DNA of 64,000 nt. Origin: Holophagales bacterium (lineage in GTDB: Bacteria; Acidobacteriota; Thermoanaerobaculia; Multivoradales; Multivoraceae). Below the pieces are notes generated by a model, which saw nothing but the letters and a program-made list of their open reading frames with translations, was not told the DNA's origin and ran no database searches. Made by a program: the position numbers and the translations under genes. Where the stretch lies: the NCBI GenBank assembly GCA_009845425.1, contig VXZQ01000001.1, forward strand, positions 101,303-165,302. Direction: 5' to 3'. Shown here piece after piece: positions 9,100 through 18,898 of this stretch (the first letter of the stretch is position 1; each line of letters begins with the position of its first letter).

Positions 9100-10356
9100 A
9101 TGCAGACCGCGCATGTTACCGACTTGAACGCACCGCTCTCCCGGGCCGATCTCATCGGCAAGCTGCCGAAGACCGACCTTCACGTTCACCTCGACGGTTC
9201 GCTCCGGCTCGACACCCTGATCGAGCTTTCGCGCGACGCCCGCCTGGAACTCCCGTCCCGAACGCCGGAGGGTCTCCTCGACCTCGTCTTCAAGGAGCGC
9301 TACGACGACCTCGAGGACTATCTGCGCGCCTTTTCCTACACCTCGCCCGCGCTATGCACCGCTGAAGCTCTGGAACGGGCCGCCTACGAACTCGGCGCCG
9401 ACAACCTGGCCGAGAACGTCTGCTACCTGGAGGTGCGGCTGGCGCCGCAGCTCCACACCGGACCCGATCTCGACATCGCCGGCGTGCTGGCCGCGGTCGA
9501 CCGGGGGCTCGCCCGCGTTCAGCGCGAACACGAAGCGACCGACAGCGTCCGGAACGGCGCCGAACCGCCCTTCCGCTACGGGATCATCGCCTGCGCCCTG
9601 CGCATGTTCGGCGCCGGCCACAGCCCCTACTACCGGGGGCTGTTCACCGCGCTCCACGGCTGGACCAGACCGGAGATCTACGCCGCCGCCTCGCTGTCGC
9701 TGGCCCGTTCCGTCGTCGAGGCGCGCGACCGCCTCGGGCTGCCCGTCGTCGCCTTCGACCTCGCCGGCGCCGAGGCGGGCAATCCCGCCGCGGTGCACCG
9801 CGACGCCTTCCTGTACGCGCAGCAGCACTTCCTGATGAAGACGATCCACGCCGGAGAGGCCTACGGGCCGGAGAGCATCTTCCAGGCCATCACGCTGCTT
9901 CAGGCCGACCGCATCGGCCACGGCACCCACCTCTACGCCGCCGACCGGCTCCGCCGCGACAACCCGGACTCGGCGGCAGCCAGGGATCCCGAGCGCTACA
10001 TCAGCAGCCTCGCCCAGTACATCAGCGACCGGCGGATCACCCTCGAGGTCTGCATCACCTCGAATCTGCAGAGCATCCAGCGCCTCGAGAGGTTCTCGGA
10101 CCACCCCTTCGGCCGGATGATGAAGGACCGGCTCTCGGTCACCCTGTGCACCGACAACCGCCTCATGTCCCGCACCACCGTAACCAAGGAGATCGCCTCC
10201 GCCTGCGAGGCCTTCGACCTGTCGCTCGAGGACCTGCGCAACGTGATCATCTACGGCTTCAAGCGCAGCTTTTACCCGGGCAGCTACATCGAGAAGCGGG
10301 CCTACGTGCGGCGGGTCATCGACTACTACGACGAGGTGGTGGCGGCGGAGGGCTAG
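9100..10356 (+). CDS. Adenosine deaminase family protein
   Basis: LPKTDLHVHLDGS, DLAGAE, TIHAGE, RIGHGT, LEVCITSN, CTDN. The upstream part of the 993-aa track ORF is antisense shadow of the Gfo gene. Confidence 0.9.
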   Translation: MQTAHVTDLNAPLSRADLIGKLPKTDLHVHLDGSLRLDTLIELSRDARLELPSRTPEGLLDLVFKERYDDLEDYLRAFSYTSPALCTAEALERAAYELGADNLAENVCYLEVRLAPQLHTGPDLDIAGVLAAVDRGLARVQREHEATDSVRNGAEPPFRYGIIACALRMFGAGHSPYYRGLFTALHGWTRPEIYAAASLSLARSVVEARDRLGLPVVAFDLAGAEAGNPAAVHRDAFLYAQQHFLMKTIHAGEAYGPESIFQAITLLQADRIGHGTHLYAADRLRRDNPDSAAARDPERYISSLAQYISDRRITLEVCITSNLQSIQRLERFSDHPFGRMMKDRLSVTLCTDNRLMSRTTVTKEIASACEAFDLSLEDLRNVIIYGFKRSFYPGSYIEKRAYVRRVIDYYDEVVAAEG

Positions 10357-10631
10357 CCCGCCATCCGCTGCTGGCGCCGTCGCCAGCGCTCACGCGCCTT
10401 CTCCGCTTCGGCCTCGCGGTTGCGAGGCGGCGCCGTCGTCGTGAGTTCCCGGAGCAACCGGGCAGTCACCTCGGCGACGGCCTCGACCGCCCGTTCGAAG
10501 GCGGCCTCGTTGGCGCGCGACGGCTTCGTCGAACCGCTGACCTTGCGAACGTACTGCAGCGCCGCGGCGCGCACTTCCTCTTCGTTGGCAGGCGGTTCGA
10601 AGTTGTAAAGGACGCGGATGTTCCTGCACAT
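10353..10631 (-). CDS. DUF2277 family protein (92 aa)
   Basis: MCRNIRVLYNFEPPA..EEVRAAALQYVRKVSG..KPS..NEAAF family signature; GAAGGAG SD. Confidence 0.88.
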   Translation of the reverse strand: MCRNIRVLYNFEPPANEEEVRAAALQYVRKVSGSTKPSRANEAAFERAVEAVAEVTARLLRELTTTAPPRNREAEAEKARERWRRRQQRMAG

Positions 10632-10642
10632 GATCGTCTCCT

Positions 10643-11269
10643 TCAGCGGGCGGCGCGGCTCGTGTTCGCGTAGGTGGGCCAGTCCGGCTCGTAGTCCGCG
10701 CTCTGATCGCCCCAGGCGGTCCAGCGTTCCGAATGGCGGCCACGAGCGAACAGTTCGAGGTAGGGGCCCGGACTGCAGGCTTCGATGATGTCGTAGAGCT
10801 CGTCCGGCTTGCGGGAGTGCTCCCGCTTGCGCGAGCGGATGATGTTGACCTGGCGGCGGCCGGGGGAAAGGGTACGGAGCCTGCCGCGCACGCCGAACAG
10901 GACGAGTTCCGTCGTGTTGCGGAAGTAGAAGCCGACTCCCCGGCCGTCGGGACCGCCGTCCTTGCGCACCTTGTGCCAGACCAGGTTCGTCTTGTAGGTG
11001 AAGCCCCAGCGCTTCATCACGTCGAGGCCCTCCTGAAGGAGGGCGTTGGGTACCCAAAGGTAGAGGTGGGCGGCTTCGGCACAGGCGGCGGCGACCGGGA
11101 TCGCTTCAATCTCCACCTGGGCCAGCGTCGGATAGCGGCTCAGACGCCGGTGCTCGGGCGCCACCTTGCCGGTGCGGTTCGTGAACTGCCAGGGGGGATC
11201 CGCGAGGACGGTGCCGAAGGCGCTACCGGCGTGGGTCTGCTCGAAGTCGGTAGCTGCCGTGGCAGGCAT
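10643..11269 (-). CDS. MT-A70 family N6-adenine methyltransferase
   Basis: LADPPW catalytic motif, HLYLWVPN, WGF.YKTN.VW.K, HSRKPDE, YLELFARG, WGDQ; start at 11269 or 11305. Confidence 0.9.
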   Translation of the reverse strand: MPATAATDFEQTHAGSAFGTVLADPPWQFTNRTGKVAPEHRRLSRYPTLAQVEIEAIPVAAACAEAAHLYLWVPNALLQEGLDVMKRWGFTYKTNLVWHKVRKDGGPDGRGVGFYFRNTTELVLFGVRGRLRTLSPGRRQVNIIRSRKREHSRKPDELYDIIEACSPGPYLELFARGRHSERWTAWGDQSADYEPDWPTYANTSRAAR

Positions 11270-11317
11270 CGCGAATCGATGGTAGCGCCGGAGGGCTCGC
11301 TCCATTCCGGCGGGCCT

Positions 11318-13021
11318 CTATTCCTCCGCCACGATGTACCGCATCAGCAGCCAGCGATCCGGGTCGATCCGCAGCTCCTGAGCCCGCGCCGGCACGGGCA
11401 GCGACGCCGCCGTTCGTTCGCCCTTGACGTCGACCCGGCCGCGCACGACGCCGCCGTCGCCGAGCACCGCCTCGACGTCGAGCGGCAGCCGGTAGGTCGT
11501 CGGTCCCGTCTGCCGCACCGTCAACTCCACCGCCGACCTCGCCTCATCGAACCGCCAGGCGACCTCGAGCTGCGGCACGCCGGGCCGTCGCAGCCACTGA
11601 TCGAAGAACCAGTCGAGCTTCCGGCCCGAAACCTCCTCTATGATCGCCGCGAAATCGGCGGTCGAGGCATTGCCGTCGCGGAAGCGTTCGTAGTACGTCC
11701 GCATCCCCTTCCAGAAGGTGCCGTCGCCCACCTCCCCGCGCAGCATGTGCAGCACCCAGGCCGCCTTCTGGTAGACGTTCGGGCTGAGCAGGCGCCTCGG
11801 ATCGGGCACGGTCTCCGGAACGATGACCGAGTCCGGGGCTTCCTCCGCGTAGCTCAGGACCCTCGTCCGGGCCCGGTCCATCTGCTCCAGGAAGCGCTCG
11901 CGGCCGTAGGTCCACTCGAGGTAGCAGGCGGTCAGGTAGGTCGCGAAGCCCTCGCTGAGCCAGACGTGCGGCCAGTCGCTCTCGGTGACCGCGTCGCCGA
12001 ACCACTGGTGGGCGACCTCGTGCGCGATCAGGGTCTCAACGCCGCCTTCCCGGTCGACCGCGTCCTCGTCGTAGAACACGTTGCCGGCGTTCTCCAGACC
12101 GCCCCAGCGGGTCGTCGTCTGCACGTTGGCGAGCTTGGCGTACGGGTAGTCCCCGAGCCGCCGCTCGAAGGTTCCCAGCACCCGCGGTCCCGGGGCGAAG
12201 GCCCGCAGGCCGGCTTCCCGATCCTGCGGGTAGACCCAGGTCTCGACCGGCACGCCGTCGACGAGCGCCTGACGCTGCCGGACGAAGCGCGCGACGCCGA
12301 CCGCCATTACCTTGGTTGCGATCGGCGCCCGGCTCCGCCACTCGGTGCGCCGCATGCCGGCTCCCAGATCGATCGCCTCGACGAAGGCGCCGGTGGCGAC
12401 GACCTGGTAGTGCGCCGGCGCCGTGATCACGAAGGCCACGGTCGCCTTGTCCGACGGGTGATCGACGACGGGCAGCCAGTGGTGCGCCCGGTCCGGCCAA
12501 TTGTCGGCGAAGAACGTGCGCTCGCCGTGCCGGTTGGTGCCGATCGTGAAGCCGTCGGCCGGCACGCCGCGATAGCTGATCTCGATGCGGCGTCGTTCAC
12601 CGGCCGCCGCCTCGCGGTCCAGGCTCACGACGAGCCGGTCGTCCTGCTGCCGGAACCGGAGAGTGCGGCCGGGCTGCGCCGCTACCGCCGCCGCGCCGGC
12701 AAGCGTCGTCGAGGAGACGACCATGCCTCCCGCCGGCCGGCCCTCGCCCGCCTTGCCGCCGACTTCCAGACCGCTGCTCGGCGCCGGGTCATCAAGATCG
12801 AACTCGACCTCGGCGACCGGCCGCAGGGTGCGAAAGGCGATCGTGGCGAGGCCCTCGATCTCGTCGCTCTGGTCCGAGAGGTCGAGTTCGAAGCGGTAGT
12901 CGAGTACGTCGATCGCCGCCCCGGCCCGTTGCGCCTGTGCCGGAGCGCCGAGAGCCGTGGCCAGAAGGAGTGGCAACGCCAGACGCACCGCGACGCGCCC
13001 CGGCCGGCTGGCCGGGGTCAC
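11318..13021 (-). CDS. M1 family aminopeptidase, secreted
   Basis: WGGLEN (GxMEN-like), AHEVAHQWFGD...LSEGFATY (HEXXH-18-E), YQKAA; signal peptide; start approximate (GTG 13021). Confidence 0.9.
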   Translation of the reverse strand: MTPASRPGRVAVRLALPLLLATALGAPAQAQRAGAAIDVLDYRFELDLSDQSDEIEGLATIAFRTLRPVAEVEFDLDDPAPSSGLEVGGKAGEGRPAGGMVVSSTTLAGAAAVAAQPGRTLRFRQQDDRLVVSLDREAAAGERRRIEISYRGVPADGFTIGTNRHGERTFFADNWPDRAHHWLPVVDHPSDKATVAFVITAPAHYQVVATGAFVEAIDLGAGMRRTEWRSRAPIATKVMAVGVARFVRQRQALVDGVPVETWVYPQDREAGLRAFAPGPRVLGTFERRLGDYPYAKLANVQTTTRWGGLENAGNVFYDEDAVDREGGVETLIAHEVAHQWFGDAVTESDWPHVWLSEGFATYLTACYLEWTYGRERFLEQMDRARTRVLSYAEEAPDSVIVPETVPDPRRLLSPNVYQKAAWVLHMLRGEVGDGTFWKGMRTYYERFRDGNASTADFAAIIEEVSGRKLDWFFDQWLRRPGVPQLEVAWRFDEARSAVELTVRQTGPTTYRLPLDVEAVLGDGGVVRGRVDVKGERTAASLPVPARAQELRIDPDRWLLMRYIVAEE

Positions 13022-13061
13022 GTCCGGTTTCAGACGCCGGTGTGCGCCGGCGTCAGGAGTC

Positions 13062-13673
13062 TCAGTCGTTGAGGAACTTGTAGACGAGCGCCGCCACCGC
13101 GCCGCCGACCAGTGGGCCGACGCCGTAGAGCGCCAGGGTGTTGGCGTCGAAGCCGCCGCCCGTGACCGCCTCCATGACCTGAGGACCGATTCCAACTGCC
13201 GGATTGAACGCACCACCGGAAACACCCGCGCCCGTGTACAGGGCAGCCGAGAGTGTAAAGCCGATGGCCAGACCGCCGACAGGATTGCCGGCCGACCGGG
13301 AGGACATCATGTTCAGCACGACGGTGACGAGCGCGAACGCGAGCAACGCCTCGGCCACCACGCCGTGCATGACCGGATGCTCGGTCGGCATCGGCGCCGT
13401 GCTGCCGCCCACGAGGTAGCTGTGGACGAGCCAACCAAGGCAGGCACCGACGAGTTGGGCCACCATGTACTGGACCATGTCGGCGACACCAAGCTTGCCC
13501 CGCATCCATGCGGCCAGGCTCACTGCCGGGTTGAAGTGGGCGCCGGACAAGTGTCCGCCGCTGTAGACCATCACCGCCAGCATCAGACCGACGGCAATGG
13601 GGTTGTTCCCGCTGTGGGCCACAGCCATCATCAGGAACAGCGTGCCGATGCACTCCATGAGCAGCTTGCGCAT
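13062..13673 (-). CDS. Aquaporin (MIP family)
   Basis: SGAHFNPAVS and SGGAFNPAV (two NPA motifs), six hydrophobic helices; GGAGG SD before ATG 13673. Confidence 0.92.
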   Translation of the reverse strand: MRKLLMECIGTLFLMMAVAHSGNNPIAVGLMLAVMVYSGGHLSGAHFNPAVSLAAWMRGKLGVADMVQYMVAQLVGACLGWLVHSYLVGGSTAPMPTEHPVMHGVVAEALLAFALVTVVLNMMSSRSAGNPVGGLAIGFTLSAALYTGAGVSGGAFNPAVGIGPQVMEAVTGGGFDANTLALYGVGPLVGGAVAALVYKFLND

Positions 13674-13814
13674 GTGCCTTTCCTCCCTTGGTTCTACTTC
13701 TGCCTCTTCCTCCTTGTTTACGCCCGCCCGGAGACCAGTCGGCGGCGCTTTCCGCACCGATGGTAGCGTCCGGCTATCGCCACCGGACCATTGAACTTTC
13801 CTGATTTTTCCTAA

Positions 13815-15068
<1,254 letters not shown>

Positions 15069-16550
15069 CTACATGTCCATGACCGCGGCGATGTCGCGGT
15101 CCAGCTTCGGCGGTCTGGAGAGCAACGAGATGCCAAAGAAGAGGGTCAGCGAGACCAGGAGGGAAAGCGCCCCGCCGTCGATGCCGAAGGGAACGGGCAC
15201 GGAGAACGCCCGGATCGAGAAGTTGATGACGAGGCTGGAGCCGATGGCCACGCAGGCGGCGGTAGCGGTGGCGCGCTTCCAGTTGAAGCCGATGGCGACC
15301 GCGGGGACGAGGGCGGCGGCGAAGGTGCCCCAGCCGAAGGCGCCGAGCAGGGCCACAAGGTTCTGCCCGCTGTAGAGGGCGAACAGGGCGGCCGCGACCG
15401 CGATGATGACGGTCACGATCCGGGCCCACAGCAGCTCGTTCCGAAGCGAACGACCGAGGATGGCGCGCGGGATGTCGTGAATCACGGCGGCGGCGCCGAT
15501 GTTCAGGAAGCCGTCCGCCGTCGACATGATCGCTGCGAACAGGCCGGCGAACACAACGCCGGCGAGCAGCGGATGGGTAAACGCCTGGAGGAACTGCGGC
15601 GCCGCGGCATCGGCGCCGGGAAGTTCCGGATGGCCGCCCTGCAGCACCAGGGCGCGCATGACCAGACCGATGCTGATCCAGAGCAGCGCCGAGACGGCGT
15701 AGGCGACGATCGAGATCGGCAGGATGCTGCGCGCGTCCCGCACCCGGCGGCACATCATCATCTTCGTGATGATGTGAGGCTGCCCGGCAAGCCCCAGCGC
15801 GAAGACGAAGTACCAGGACAGGGAGTTCATCATTCCCGCGGCGCCCCAGGGCCCCATCGACTCCGCGTCGTCGGCCATGATCGTCTCGCTCATGCCGGCG
15901 AAGCCGCCGTCGATGGCCGCGATCGCCGCGAGCAGAACGAGCACCGCCGCGAACATCATGACGAAGCCCTGGATCAGGTCCGTGTAGACCGAGGCGATGA
16001 TGCCGCCGGTGACGCAGTAGAAGACGAGCACCGCGCAGGAAAAGGCGACGCAGGCCTCGATGCTGATCGGCCCCAGGGTGGTCTGGAGGATGTCCTGGAG
16101 GACGGTCGCCATCGCCAGGATCTGGGTTCCCAGGTAGCCCATGACGCCGAGCAGGATGGCCAGGGCGGTCAGCAGGCGGGCCGCGTTGCTCCGGTAGCGC
16201 GCGGCGACCGCGTCGGGCAGCGAGATCGAGTCCCGCAGCTCGGCGAAGAGCCGGAGCCGCTTGCCCAGCAGGTAGAACGCGATGACGTAGCCGATCGAGG
16301 CGCAGACGACCATCCACAGCGAACTCATGCCCATGCGGTAGACGAGGCCTGGACCGCCGACGAAGCCGAAGCCCGACAGCGTGCTCGAGAAGACGGCCAG
16401 GGCGGTGACGATGATCCCCAGATCCCGCCCCGCCATGAAGAAGTCCTGGGTCGACTTCGTGCGCCGCAGAGCCCACAGCCCGACGCCGATGCACACGGCC
16501 AGGTAGATGCCGATGCAGGTCAGGATGACGGTGTTGCCGCCGCCCTCCAT
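15069..16550 (-). CDS. Sodium:solute symporter (PutP/PanF-like SSF)
   Basis: DFFMAGR, SGFGFVGGPG, GG..ASVYTDLIQG, GQPHI, AAIMSTADG; about 13 TM helices. Confidence 0.92.
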   Translation of the reverse strand: MEGGGNTVILTCIGIYLAVCIGVGLWALRRTKSTQDFFMAGRDLGIIVTALAVFSSTLSGFGFVGGPGLVYRMGMSSLWMVVCASIGYVIAFYLLGKRLRLFAELRDSISLPDAVAARYRSNAARLLTALAILLGVMGYLGTQILAMATVLQDILQTTLGPISIEACVAFSCAVLVFYCVTGGIIASVYTDLIQGFVMMFAAVLVLLAAIAAIDGGFAGMSETIMADDAESMGPWGAAGMMNSLSWYFVFALGLAGQPHIITKMMMCRRVRDARSILPISIVAYAVSALLWISIGLVMRALVLQGGHPELPGADAAAPQFLQAFTHPLLAGVVFAGLFAAIMSTADGFLNIGAAAVIHDIPRAILGRSLRNELLWARIVTVIIAVAAALFALYSGQNLVALLGAFGWGTFAAALVPAVAIGFNWKRATATAACVAIGSSLVINFSIRAFSVPVPFGIDGGALSLLVSLTLFFGISLLSRPPKLDRDIAAVMDM

Positions 16551-17107
16551 CAGCCCTCTCCGCCTGTATCGTCACGGCCGCGCTCGCGCTTCGACTCCGC
16601 CGCCAGCCGCTCGAACTCCGCGACCTCGTCCTCGCTGATCACCCAGCGGTCGAAGTTCCACATGTAGAACAGGGCGAAGAGAAGCGGAACCGGCCAGACG
16701 CCGTAGAGCATCCAGGCGGAAGGCCGCGGGAAGGAGCCGAACAACCCCCGATCGGCGCCAGGCTCGATGTAGCCGCGGTAGCTCAGGACGAGCAGCGTGA
16801 AGACCAGGGCGTAGAGCCCCAGGCCCAGCCAGAGGGCGCGGCCGCTACCTGCCGGCAACCTGCCACGGCGCCGGAGCCCCAGCGCCATCACCGCCAGGAA
16901 GAGGACGATGGACAGGAGGCCGTACAGAAAGCCCCACGGCAGGACGGCATCGTGGCGCCCGGTGCTCCCGCCCTGCCGCATCGTCTCGTGGACGGGGTGA
17001 TCCACGCCGAGGCTGTCGGGCCGCTCGTCGAGCGTCCAGAGAACGAGCACCACGGCGCAGAGCGCGACCAGGATCGCGAAGATGGCTACCGGGATCCGCA
17101 TGGTCAA
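16550..17107 (-). CDS. Hypothetical 4-TM membrane protein, translationally coupled to the SSF transporter
   Basis: Four hydrophobic segments; TGATG stop/start overlap at 16550. Confidence 0.7.
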   Translation of the reverse strand: MTMRIPVAIFAILVALCAVVLVLWTLDERPDSLGVDHPVHETMRQGGSTGRHDAVLPWGFLYGLLSIVLFLAVMALGLRRRGRLPAGSGRALWLGLGLYALVFTLLVLSYRGYIEPGADRGLFGSFPRPSAWMLYGVWPVPLLFALFYMWNFDRWVISEDEVAEFERLAAESKRERGRDDTGGEG

Positions 17108-17142
17108 GCCCGCCGCTCATGCGGCGGCCCCTGGGTTCGGCG

Positions 17143-17670
17143 TCAGTCTCCCTGCGCGATCGGGTTCAGGACCATCGTCATCTGACGGCCCTCGAGGCCG
17201 GACCGGGTCTCCACCTCGCCCACTCCCTCGATCGCGTCGCTCACCTTGTCCAGGATGGCGATGCCGAGTTCGGGCCTGCGGAGCTGCCGGTAGCGGAAGA
17301 AGATCGTCACCTTGACCTTCTTGCCCTCGCGGAGGAAACGGAGCGCCCGGTCGGTCTTGATCTGGTAGTCGTGCGGGTCGATCGTCGGCCGGTACTTGAC
17401 CTCCTTCAAATCGATCGTCGCCGCCTTCTTCCGGGACTCCCGTTTCTTCTTCTCGCGCTCGAACTTGACCTTGCCCCAGTCCATGACCCGGACCACGGGC
17501 GGGTCCGCGTTGGGACCCACCTCGACGAGATCGAGTCGGGCGTCCTGGGCGCGCGTCTTTGCGTCTTCCAGGGGAACGACGCCTACCTGGGTGCCGTTCT
17601 GATCGATGAGCCGTACCGGACTCTTCCGGATCCGGTGATTGATGCGCGGCTCGTTTGATGGGGGTGCGAT
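17143..17670 (-). CDS. infC: Translation initiation factor IF-3 (non-canonical ATC start)
   Basis: The frame continues upstream of the track ORF as (I)APPSNEPRINHRIRKSPVRLIDQNG...LDLVEVGPNADPPVVRVMDWGK..., KEVKYRPTIDPHDY, GKKVKVT. AGGAGG SD lies 7 nt before ATC at 17670. Confidence 0.93.
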   Translation of the reverse strand: MAPPSNEPRINHRIRKSPVRLIDQNGTQVGVVPLEDAKTRAQDARLDLVEVGPNADPPVVRVMDWGKVKFEREKKKRESRKKAATIDLKEVKYRPTIDPHDYQIKTDRALRFLREGKKVKVTIFFRYRQLRRPELGIAILDKVSDAIEGVGEVETRSGLEGRQMTMVLNPIAQGD

Positions 17671-17831
17671 CTCGAGGCCTCCTGTGCTGCCGACTACTGG
17701 CGCGGGCCGGAATGGAGGGCTACCTTAGCCGCTTCCCGCCCGCGAGTGTGCGCAGATCCAGTCTGTTGAACCGACGCGGCCGCGGCCGCAGGGCGGCCCT
17801 CGCGACCCGCCCTCACGAACGGTAACTCACG

Positions 17832-18740
17832 TCAACCGGCCACAGCCCGCGTCGCCGGGGTGCTCGCAGCCCGTCGGACCCGCTTCTTCTTCGTCGCCTT
17901 GCGCTGTGCCGCCGCCTTCTTGGCAGGCTTGGACCCGGCGGGTGCCCCGTCCGCCTCCGCCTCGCCGTTCTTCGACAGGCTCGCCTTCAGCGCCTCCATC
18001 AGGTCGATGATCTGCGCCTGGGGCGCCTCCGTCTCGTCGTCCGCCAGCTCGCGACCGTCGATCTTGCTCTGGATCGCGTCCCAGAGCCGCTTGCGCACCT
18101 CGTCCGTGTACTGGTCCGGCTTGAAGTCGTCCGAAGCGATCTGCTCGATCAACTGCACGGCGAGTTCGAGCTCGCCCGGCTTGAGCTCCGTCTCCTCGCC
18201 CAGCGGGACCTCGTCGAAGGACTTCAGTTCGTCCTCGTACTTCAGTTGCTGCATCAGCAGGCCCGAAGCGAAGGGGCGCAGCATGACCAGGTACTGCTTG
18301 CCCCGCGCGGCGTGCTTGGCCAGCGCCGAGCGGCCGGTCTTGCGCATCGCCTCGCTGAGGAGCCGGTAGGCCCGCTCGCCGCCCTTCTCCGGGCCGAGGT
18401 AGTACGACTTCTCGAAGTAGATCGGCTCGACCTCGGCGAGCGGCACGAACTCCGTGATCTCGATCGCCGGCGACGCCTTCTCCTGGAGTTCCTTGATCTC
18501 CTCGTCGCTGAAGGTGACGTACTGGCCCTTGCCGAACTCGTAGCCCTTGATCGTCTCCTTCCGCTCGACGACCACGCCGGTGCGGGGGTTGACCAATTGC
18601 TGCTTGACCCGGGTGTTGTCGCTCGGATCGAGCATGTTGAAGCGGACCCCGCCGGAGGTTTCCGAGGTCGAGTAGAGCCGGACCGGGATGGAAACCAGGC
18701 CAAAGGAAACCGTGCCGGTGCCGACGGAACGAGCGGGCAT
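17832..18740 (-). CDS. ku: Non-homologous end-joining protein Ku
   Basis: GTVSFGLVSIPVRLY, IKGYE, YFEKSYYLGP, AY.LL.EAM, IIDLMEALKASL, basic C-terminal tail. Confidence 0.95.
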   Translation of the reverse strand: MPARSVGTGTVSFGLVSIPVRLYSTSETSGGVRFNMLDPSDNTRVKQQLVNPRTGVVVERKETIKGYEFGKGQYVTFSDEEIKELQEKASPAIEITEFVPLAEVEPIYFEKSYYLGPEKGGERAYRLLSEAMRKTGRSALAKHAARGKQYLVMLRPFASGLLMQQLKYEDELKSFDEVPLGEETELKPGELELAVQLIEQIASDDFKPDQYTDEVRKRLWDAIQSKIDGRELADDETEAPQAQIIDLMEALKASLSKNGEAEADGAPAGSKPAKKAAAQRKATKKKRVRRAASTPATRAVAG

Positions 18741-18814
18741 AGACGGCGGATTCTAGCACCGGAAGCGGTTCCGCGGGGCACTGAGCCGGGCAAAGCGGAG
18801 CCGGCCTGGCGGCC

Positions 18815-18869
18815 GGCGCGTTTCGAAGCCGCCTGCGGCGGCAGCGGGTCAGAAGACCCGCGCACCCAG
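18815..18869 (+). repeat. REP-like element family B, copy 2
   Basis: GGCGCGTTTCGAAGCCGCCTGCGGCGGCAGCGGGTCAGAAGACCCGCGCACCCAG, near-identical to 44725-44779. Confidence 0.85.
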
Positions 18870-18898
18870 TTGTCGGCTTCTGGGAGAATGCACGCCTG

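Noticed and set aside
10733-13072. Long antisense or alternative-frame ORFs (also 2994-4889, 18254-20494, 38922-41024, 40831-43548, 46145-48337 and others)
   Set aside because: They overlap well-supported genes, have Arg/Gly/Pro-rich or mirror-codon composition and show no motifs. Such ORFs are expected in high-GC DNA.
17690-17830. Possible tRNA or ribosomal-protein leader upstream of infC
   Set aside because: I see only a GC hairpin. There is no cloverleaf with T/D loops and no recognisable leader motif.
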